The notes under the pieces were generated by a model that saw only the letters and a program-made list of their open reading frames with translations, searched no databases and was not told where the DNA came from. A stretch of DNA of 64,000 nucleotides, taken from assembly GCA_964187785.1 (NCBI GenBank), contig OZ076409.1, positions 88,848,001-88,912,000 of the forward strand, given 5' to 3'. Origin of the DNA: Amphiscolops sp. MND2022. Its lineage: Eukaryota. Shown in pieces: positions 55,135-64,000 of this stretch; within the stretch, counting starts at the first letter, position 1; the number at the start of each line of letters is the position of its first letter. Both the position numbers and the translations under genes were made by a program.

Positions 55135-55599
55135 CAAAAGAGTACAGTTAATCGAAAAAACAATTTTTCGGAACAGTTTTTGCTGAAGCTCACGACAGGT
55201 ATCAAAAAAAGATCAGAAGATTTCAAAAAAAGAATGTTTGTATCTCAATTCCAAACTCTCACTTTGAAAAAAATCAAATTGATGGTTTCTAGTTTGTATT
55301 CAAGTTGAATACAAACTAGAAACCATCAATTTATTTTTTTTTCAAATTGAGAGTTTGGAATTTAGAATCTCAATTCTTCACACTATTTTTGCGTAATCAA
55401 TCAGTTTAAACAGTTAATCGGACCAGTCTAAACTTTTTAAGGAAGTTTACATTCAAGAGTTCCTCTCATCAACAAGGATGTTACAGCGGTGTTGATTCCT
55501 TCAATGTGGGATTTTCTCAGAAGGTAGCCTACTGAGTAGGCTACTACTACTACTACAAGGATGTTACAGCGGTGTTGATACCTTCAATGTGGGATTTTC

Positions 55600-55606
55600 T
55601 ACTACA

Positions 55607-55660
<54 letters not shown>
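55600..55660 (+). repeat. (CTA)n microsatellite
   Basis: Perfect CTA run. Confidence 0.95.
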
Positions 55661-56069
55661 AAAATTAGGTTCAAATAACATAAAAATAAAACCGAATACC
55701 CGGTTAAGTAATCGAACTCACGAAAGTTTATTTGTAATTTTCATACTTTTTTGAGTGAATCTTTTGAATTGTGAATGCTTTTGACAGCTAAAACCTTCTC
55801 GTAAACAATTTTATTTTTATGTTTAGTCAAACTCATTTCATTTTTATGTTATTTGAAACTAATTTCGTTTTTATGTTATTTGCTCTTATGTTATTTGGGA
55901 ATTCACCATCAAAGTTCCTCTCATCAAAAAGGATATTTCGGCGGTGTTAATACCATCAATGTGGAATATTCGGCGACATGAGACGCCGAATAGGAAGGGT
56001 GTCTTTGTCAGAGTTTTATGAATATCATTGGCAGCCAGGAATGGGGGCCAGAATTTGGATACTAGTATC

Positions 56070-56494
56070 CAGGGATGTTAATTATTTTATCGCAATAATA
56101 TTGTGAACAACAATAAATTATTTATATTTTTCAAACACAGCGATAAATTATCGGATTTTTACAAACTCAACAATAAATTATCGAAGTATTTTCGATTATC
56201 GTTGTTCACAGTTCTAGCTGCTAAAGTTTCGAAACCAATATTGCATCCCATAATTTTTCGTTTGCTTTGAGAAACATGAGGGCTTCAACATGCATTGGGT
56301 ATAATCGCTTTCTTTCTGGCGACAAAATGTGTTTCGCTTTTAGACTGGTCGATAATCGAGGCACGCTTCACACGATTATTGGAATTCATTTTTATTGGAC
56401 AATAAAAAATCTGATTATTTTCTAGGCAACAATAATGTATTCCGATATTTTATCGCGGTTATCGAAACGATAAATAAATATTTTAACATCCCTG
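56070..56494. mobile_element. hAT-like MITE
   Basis: TIRs CAGGGATGTTAA / TTAACATCCCTG; 8-bp TSD CTAGTATC. Confidence 0.9.
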
Positions 56495-57878
56495 CTAGTA
56501 TCTCGCCATCTCTAATCATTGCAATCATTAGCAATCATCATTGCATCATTTGTGGGGCACACAAAGTTGCGGCACAGAACAAGGTCACACCTTGGAGTTC
56601 CTCTCATCAAAAAGGATGTTGCAGCGGTGCTGATTCCTTCAATGTGGAATATTCGGCCCGAGAGACATGAGCTGCCAAATATGAAGGGTATCTTTGTCAG
56701 AGTTGTATGTATCGATTCGCCAGTGTGCTAATGGCTGGGATCGATCCTGTGGTACTCAGTGACTAACAGTCACATCCGATGGACTTATCCACCGCGCCAA
56801 CATCCCCACTTGCCGCTGCTTTGCACACATTCATAAACTTTTAAAACATACATGTACCGTATATGTAACGTGACGTATATGTCACGTGGCTTTATTCAAT
56901 GCTTTTAATGCTTAACCATGATACAAAGTAATTCAATTTTGAAATCAATTCTCTCATTCTCTTTTCCATTTGACCAATTGAAGGATGGGGGGGGGGTGTT
57001 GTTGGATAAGAAACAGTATTTATCTGAGAGAGGATAAGGCACATGGTCCAAACTTCGTTTTTAGTTCAATAATTCAAGATCGGTATTCCATAAACTACTG
57101 TTTTCGGTTTGATAAAGTTTCAACTTCGTATAGATTATTTGTTACAACTTTTCTTGATGTTGCTCACGACAGGGATCAAAATAGATCCTTGCCAATACCC
57201 TGGCTCAAAATACCCAGACCAAAATAACAAGTTAACCAATCATTCCGGTGACTGTGCTCACGACAGGGACCAAAATTAAAATTAGTTAGGCAACTATTAA
57301 TGAGGGCTGCTTTAAAATTGTTTTGTTAAAATAGGAAACCTGTTGACAGATCAATCAATTGTACTAATTAGAAGCTACAAGGTATTTTATTTGCACGTAA
57401 ATGCGTGGATGAAACACACGTGTTCACGTGTGCAACTTGCATTGAATGCAGTTTATACGTACTATGCACGGTAGAGCTCAGTAATGATAACTAATTATTT
57501 ATTGAATCATTGTTTACTTTGACTGGTTTATGATGCTGTGGTATGAATTAGAATTAAAATGAACACTGAGTTTTGAATGCATATAAACATGGTGTAAGTT
57601 AGTCAAAACTTTGACCACATTCCACTTTTCGGAAGTATAGGAGTCCCTCAATTTGCAAAAAGTGGAAGTTAGTCAACGTTTTGACTGACTTACGAAAAAG
57701 AGTATTTTTGGACTAACTTCCGCTTTTTTCTAATTACGTGTTTTGACTAACTTACACAATTTTCCATTACGCGCGTTGATTTTGCTACACCGTTGAAGCA
57801 TAGACCGTCTTGACTAACTTACGCTGAATGACCATTTTACCATTTTACTCAGATTACGCTGCTTGACTAAAGGCAGCT

Positions 57879-57900
57879 TACCGGTACGTGTATCGTAATG
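57879..57900 (-). repeat. Right TIR
   Basis: TACCGGTACGTGTATCGTAATG, followed by the CT TSD and resumption of the Helentron-like A sequence. Confidence 0.9.
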
Positions 57901-60900
57901 CTCTTATTCAATTGTTGAATCGGTTATTCAAATTCCTGTTTTTTCGTGGATTGATTAGTTATTGATGATGTGGTTGTTTGAAGCGTAAAACCGCGAAATT
58001 TCCGTTCTTAACGTATTCTATCCAGTGAATATCTGCACAGAAGGTATTATGCATTACCGCAATATTCCTGAGAGATTTGATGTCATATGCAACGATTAAA
58101 TCAAGACAACACTAAGTTAAATTCACACCTCGCTGTGCAATGATATTCAACTACGTTGTTTTGAAAACAAAAATGATTTCGGATCTTTTCGTGATTTTGC
58201 CCCACTCGCAAATTTTAACAGGTTATTCATCCTCTGGAATACGTTTCCAACGGTGCCCACTGATGCTGGAAGGTTGTTTGATGCACAATTCAGCTAATTT
58301 TTAGAACTGAAAGTATACTTGCTAGTGATGGCACATATCATCCGTCCTATTGATAACTAGGGCAGCCCTTCCTTTTATATAGTGGTAAAGGCCGAAAAAG
58401 TTAAGCTTCATAGGATTAATACCCGCAATTCTTTTCAATTTCATTGTATTTTGAGCATTCTCGTGCCGTATATAACCTTAGCTATTCGTCATAGCTAATA
58501 ACTTGGTAATATGGTTCGAATGCACGTGATGATAGTCAACTATGGCTGCGGGACCTGTCGCTCGAAGCCGTGCGCAAATTCTTTTGCGCCTATGTTTTTA
58601 AGGCGACGAGCGAAGCGAGGGGCCTTATTGTTTGCGTTTAGTTTTTGAGGCTTCGAGCGAGCGAAGCGAAGCGACGAAGTCTCTATTGTTCCGCGTTTAC
58701 TAGCGTTTTGGTTTTTTTTTTGCGTGACATACCCTCTGCATTTGTATTAATTGAAGGCTATTTTCTCAGAGCCTATTTTTCCGCGACCATCCAAACTTTC
58801 CAAAAAGAAACGCAACTTGATGTTCTTTCTAACCGTGTAAAAACTTTCCGAAAATTTTCCACCGGCGCGATTTTATTAGCTTCGAAAGCGCGAAATTTTC
58901 GAAAATTTTTAGGGTTTTTGTCGATTTTGCTATTTTTCTTTTCGCAAACCACAGCGAATTGGCCCGATGTAGGTACTAACCGACGTAAAACGATGTTTTC
59001 TTTAATTTGGTGAAAGTTTTTTTATCCTAGAAATATTGGGCTTTGCGAAAATGACCATTAAAAATAGGAAAAATTTTCGGTTTTTTTGCGTAAAAAATTT
59101 CTCAACCTTTTTTCAAGTAGCAATCAGTTCTAATCCAAGCAGTGGTGTTTCTACTCGATAACAGGTCTGCTTAGCTGCCCAAAGTTAGAAAATGGAAAGT
59201 CACAACGTTTACGTCGGACAGATAGAGACAAAAAAGTTTTCAAATTTTTTGAATTTTTGATAAATTGCTCTCTTTATTCAATTTTGTAAAAGTTTTGGCC
59301 TATTTTCTCGGAGCCTAATACTTCGAGACCATCCAAAAACTCAACAAATTGTTGGAACAGAATTTGTTGGTGAAGATTTAAATGTTGTTGGATTTTCGGG
59401 CAGTGAGAAAATAGCGATTCAATATCGAAAATTTTTTTGGAACATAATTTTTTTCGAAAATTTTGGAGCTTTCACTAATTTTGCTCATTTCTACATTACA
59501 AACAACGTCGACCCGGCATAAAATACGTCCTATCCGACTTCTTTCACATGTTTAAAGTTTCAATGTGCTACATTTTTTGGTGGTTGAGAAATTGGCGATT
59601 GAAAATCTGAAAATTTACGTTTTTTCCCAATTTTTCCCAAGCTTTTTTCTGTTAATAGTTCTGTTCATTTTTGATTTTTTGGCCGTTTTCTCACAAGGGA
59701 TTGCTTCAAGACGATTCGAAAAACAGCAATATTTTGTTCTTTAGCAGTTTTTCCAGAAATTTTTAACCGGTGCGTATTTATAACGAAATACGAAAACCGC
59801 AAATTTTTATTTTTTTTGCAGACTTTGCTCCTTTCCTGTAATCAAACCACTTGGAACCGCGGCAGTGTAGGAACTGACCGTCATTCAGGACTGTGATATT
59901 AGCCTGGATAAAAGAATTCATTGATACGCGAATTTGCCGTCGAAAAAACTGCGATTGAAAATTCTTCCGGAAATATTTTATGAGCCGATTTTTACTAGTT
60001 ATCGGTTCAATGGGATCTCATATCATTTCCGCTCAAACCATATAGTCCTAAGACTGTAGGCGAAAAGCTCGAAGCAATTAGATGCATGCGGAAAGTACTC
60101 GAATAGACGAGATAAATGCGCTGTGGAACGTCTTTCTACGCAAATTTGGGTTTTTTCTCAAACAATTAAACTTCATACATTAAAGGTCGTTCGTGGTGCG
60201 GGCCTTCTGATTCTTTTCGAGTAATACTCGGATCGTAATCAGTAAAACGAGAAAACCACCCAGAGGTCGTTAAAGGTGCGGGCCTACTATTCTGTGAGCA
60301 ATAGTGAAACGAGAAAACCGGTTTATGAGCACATTACGAGGTAACGTCCAAAATTAGCATTTGGTTCGATTGTTATTAGATTATCTCTTATTCAATTGTT
60401 GAATCGGTTATTCAAATTCCTGTTTTTTCGTGGATTGATTAGTTATTGATGATGTGGTTGTTTGAGGCGTAAAACCGCGAAATTTCCGTTCTTAACGTAT
60501 TCTATCCAGTGAATATCTGCACAGAAGGTATTATGCATTACCGCAATATTCCTGAGAGATTTGATGTCTTTTGCAACGATTAAATCAAGACAACACTAAG
60601 TTATATTCACACCTCGCTGTGCAATGATATTCAACTACGTTGTTTTGAAAACAAAAATGATTTCGGATCTTTTCGTGATTTTGCCCCACTCGCAAATTTT
60701 AACAGGGTATTCATCCTCTGGAATACGTTTCCAACGGTGCCCACTGATGCTGGAAGGTTGTTTGATGCACAATTCAGCTAATTTTTAGAACTGAAAGTAT
60801 ACTTGCTAGTGATGGCACATATCAACCGTCCTATTGATAACTAGGGCAGCCCTTCCTTTTATATAGTGGTAAAGGCCGAAAAAGTTAAGCTTCATAGGAT

Positions 60901-63900
60901 TAATACCCGCAATTCTTTTCAATTTCATTGTATTTTGAGCATTCTCGTGCCGTATATAACCTTAGCTATTCGTCATAGCTAATAACTTGGTAATATGGTT
61001 CAAATGCACATGATGATAGTCAATTATGGCTGCGGGACCTGTCGCTCGAAGCCGTGCGCAAATTCCTTTGCGCCTATGTTTTTGAGGCTTCGAGCGAGCG
61101 AAGCGAAGCGACGAAGTCTCTATTGTTCCGCGTTTACTAGCGTTTTGGTTTTTTTTTTCGCGTGACATACCCTCTGCATTTGTATTAATTGAAGGCTATT
61201 TTCTCAGAGCCTATTTTTCCGCGACCATCCAAACTTTCCAAAAAGAAACGCAACTTGATGCTCTTTCTAACCGTGTAAAAACTTTCTGAAAATTTTCCAC
61301 CGGCGCGATTTTATTAGCTTCGAAAGCGCGAAATTTTCGAAAATTTTTAGGGTTTTTGTCGATTTTGCTATTTTTCTTTTCGCAAACCACAGCGAATTGG
61401 CCCGATGTAGGTACTAACCGACGTAAAACGATGTTTTCTTTAATTTGGAGAAAGTTTTTTTTATCCTAGAATTATTGGGCTTTGCGAAAATGACCATTAA
61501 AAATAGGAAAAATTTTCGGTTTTTTTGCGTAAAAAATTTCTCAACCTATTTTCAAGTAGCAATCAGTTCTAATCCAAGCAGTGGTGTTTCTACTCGATAA
61601 CAGGTCTGCTTAGCTGCCCAAAGTTAGAAATTGGAAAGTCACAACGTTTACGTCGGACAGATAGAGACAAAAAAGTTTTCAAATTTTTTGAATTTTTGAT
61701 AAATTGCTCTCTTTATTCAATTTTGTAAAAGTTTTGGCCTATTTTCTCGGAGCCTAATACTTCGAGACCATCCAAAAACTCAACAAATTGTTGGAACTGA
61801 ATTTGTTGGTGAAGATTTAAATGTTGTTGGATTTTCGGGCAGTGAGAAAATAGCGATTCAATATCGAAAATTTTTTTGGAACATAATTTTTTTCGAATAT
61901 TTTGGAGCTTTCACTAATTTTGCTCATTTCTACATTACAAACAACGTCGACCCGGCACAAAATACGTCCTATCCGATTTCTTTCACATGTTTAAAGTTTC
62001 ATTGTGCTACATTTTTTGGTGGTTGAGAAAATGGCGATTGAAATTCTGAAAATTTACGTTTTTTCCCAATTTTTTCCTTTTCAATTCTTTTCAATTTCAT
62101 TGTATTTTGAGCATTCTCGTGCCATATATAACCTTAGCTATTCGTCATAGCTAATAACTTGGTAATATGGTTCAAATGCACATGATGATAGTCAATTATG
62201 GCTGCGGGACCTGTCGCTCGAAGCCGTGCGCAAATTCCTTTGCGCCTATGTTTTTTTTCGCCAAAACGTGACATCCCTCTGCATTTGTAAAAGTTTCGGC
62301 TATTTTTCTCCAAGCCTATTTCTGCGAGACAATTCAAAAATTCAAAAAAAGATCCGCAAGTGAATGCCCTTTCTGGCCATGTAAGAAGGTTCCGAAAATT
62401 TTCCGCCTGGGCGATTATATTAGCTTCGAAAACATGATTTTTTGCGAAAATTTTTAGGGTTTTTTCCGATTTTGCGTAATTTTTCCACTTGAACCATATC
62501 GAACCGTCTCAAAATAGGTACCAACTGACGCAAAAGGATGTCTTCTTTAAGGTCGTGCAAGTTTCATTATTTTACAATTATTGGGCGTTGAGAAAATGGC
62601 GAATAAAAATCGGGAATTTTTTGGGGTTTTTTTCGAAAAAATTTTCTAAGTGTAGATTTTGCTCAATTTTACTACTTAAACAAATTGAACCGGCTCATAA
62701 TTAGTACCGACTGATGCAAGAGGATGTCTTCTCTAAGCTCATGAAAGTTTCATTATCCTACGATCATTGGTCGTTGAGAAAATGGCGAATAAAAATTGGA
62801 AAAATTTTGGGGTTTTTCGCGAAAATTTTTCTAAATGTAGATTTTGCTCAATTTTACTACTTAAACGAATCGTACCAGCTCATAATTAATACCGACTGAC
62901 GCAAGAGGATGTCTTCTCTAAGCTCATGAAAGTTTCATTATCCCACGATCATTGGTCGCTGAGAAAATGGCGAATAAAAATCGGAAAATTTATGGATTTT
63001 TCGCGACAAAAATCTGTTTTTTTTGCGAAAAAAGTATTTTGATGTACCCCATGCAATTAGGGTGCTTGGGCGCACTTTCGTAGAACCCATTACTCCTGGG
63101 CTCTCTCAAAGAGGTCGTCTGCTCGGAGCCGTCGCGCAATGGCAGTTGCGCCTATGTTTTTTTTTCGCAGATTTCGTGACATGTGCCAACTTTTCAAACT
63201 TGTGCGGCAAATTTCTCAAAACCCATAACAGATACGGACACCATGTTTCCGCTAAAAGTTGCGCAGGTTCCTGGGCTACATTTTCGTCGAAAAAAAATTC
63301 AAAAAAAATCGGCTTCATGGTTTTTTTTAAAAAGAAATTTTGAAAAAACGCTGTTTTTGACTGTTTTTTATGTTTGATCCCCTATTTCTCAGAACCAGGA
63401 CCAAATACAGGGTCCATGGTTTCGTGTAATTTACAAGCGTTTCATAGGCTACATTTTCGCTCAAAATTGGCGTCAAAATGTTTTTTCAGACTTGGTTTTT
63501 TGGGCAAAAAATTGGATGAAAAAAAATGTCGAAAAATTTTTCTCATTTGTAGCTCATATTTCTCAAAACTGACGAAAGATACAGAAACCATTCTTCCTCA
63601 AGATAAACAGCAAGGATGTAAGCTAGGTTTTGTACCAACAAAGTTTCCGTCATCACGTATGACGCGTTCATTTTCCTGCTAAAAATACTTGTTTTTTTTG
63701 AAAAATTTTCCTTTATAAAATTTATTTTATACTTGAGCCCCTATATCTCAAGACCGAGAACAAATACGCTGTCCATGGTTTCGTAATTTGTACTAGGGCT
63801 CAGTAGGCTGCGTTTAAAACCAATAATGACGTCGAATTTTTTTTGCTCCGGTTTTTTGGGCAAACAAAGGGATGAAGAAGAAATTTGAAAAATTTCCCAT

Positions 63901-64000
63901 TTTTTCATAATTTGTAACTGATTTTCCTCAGAACTGAAAAGAGATACTAAAAAATTTTGTCCTATGCAAAAGTTGGGTAGAATCCTTGGCTACCTTTTCG
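57901..64000 (+). mobile_element. Nested/tandem Helentron-like array, right part
   Basis: Remainder of the interrupted A copy (57901-58594), B head (58600), full A copy (58647-61078), internally deleted A copy (61084-62250), resumed B body (62259-63156), then probably the C body to the window end. Confidence 0.72.

Larger units (their letters stand above)
29654..57900. mobile_element. Giant 28,247-bp TIR DNA transposon (RAG1/Transib/CMC-type DDE) carrying chromatin-modifier cargo
   Basis: Left end CATTACGATACACATGCCGGTA; reverse complement of right end CATTACGATACACGTACCGGTA (20/22 match). Flanks GATTAT-CT | element | CT-CTTATTCA. The uninterrupted paralogue at ~60378 reads GATTATCTCTTATTCA, giving a 2-bp CT TSD. 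Internal transposase gene. Confidence 0.92.

Noticed and set aside
55572..55754. Poly-Thr ORF
   Set aside because: Translation of the (CTA)n microsatellite.
29654..57900. Endogenous virus, Polinton/Maverick or Starship-like element
   Set aside because: I saw no capsid, packaging ATPase, pPolB or retroviral-type integrase. The YR-like domain is internal and lacks catalytic residues. TIRs, TSD and a DDE enzyme explain mobility.
27221..60385. The ~2.4-kb near-identical direct repeats flanking the gene cluster read as giant LTRs or direct terminal repeats
   Set aside because: They are tandem Helentron-like A units. The cluster interrupts one unit at a precise point with its own TIRs and CT TSD, as shown by the intact copy at 58647-61078.

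Overview
Repeat-rich eukaryotic DNA, probably from an invertebrate animal: AT-rich, with GT-AG introns and no prokaryotic features. Bases 1-22 kb are a graveyard of decayed Ty3/Gypsy LTR retrotransposons plus two DINE-1/HINE-like elements, followed by an N gap (22040-22239). From 23.3 kb to the end runs a nested, tandem array of non-autonomous Helentron-like elements. One young copy of that array is interrupted by a 28,247-bp cut-and-paste DNA transposon (29654-57900). Its ends are defined by 22-bp terminal inverted repeats (TIRs; CATTACGATACAC...), a 2-bp CT target-site duplication (TSD), and an uninterrupted paralogous empty site at ~60378-60393. The element encodes a spliced RAG1/Transib/Chapaev-type DDE transposase fused to a BRCT domain. 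It also carries apparently intact, intron-containing chromatin genes: a zinc-finger JmjC (KDM2/7-like) demethylase, a degenerate tyrosine-recombinase/SET (KMT5A-like) fusion, a Tudor/chromo-barrel protein and two small RING proteins. About 25 copies of a ~21-bp motif (GCTCACGACAGGGAYCAAAAT) lie in its introns and intergenic DNA. Together these suggest a transposon-borne epigenetic writer/eraser/reader system, possibly for anti-silencing. All domain calls are by-eye motif recognition and gene models are manual splice reconstructions; no searches were run.
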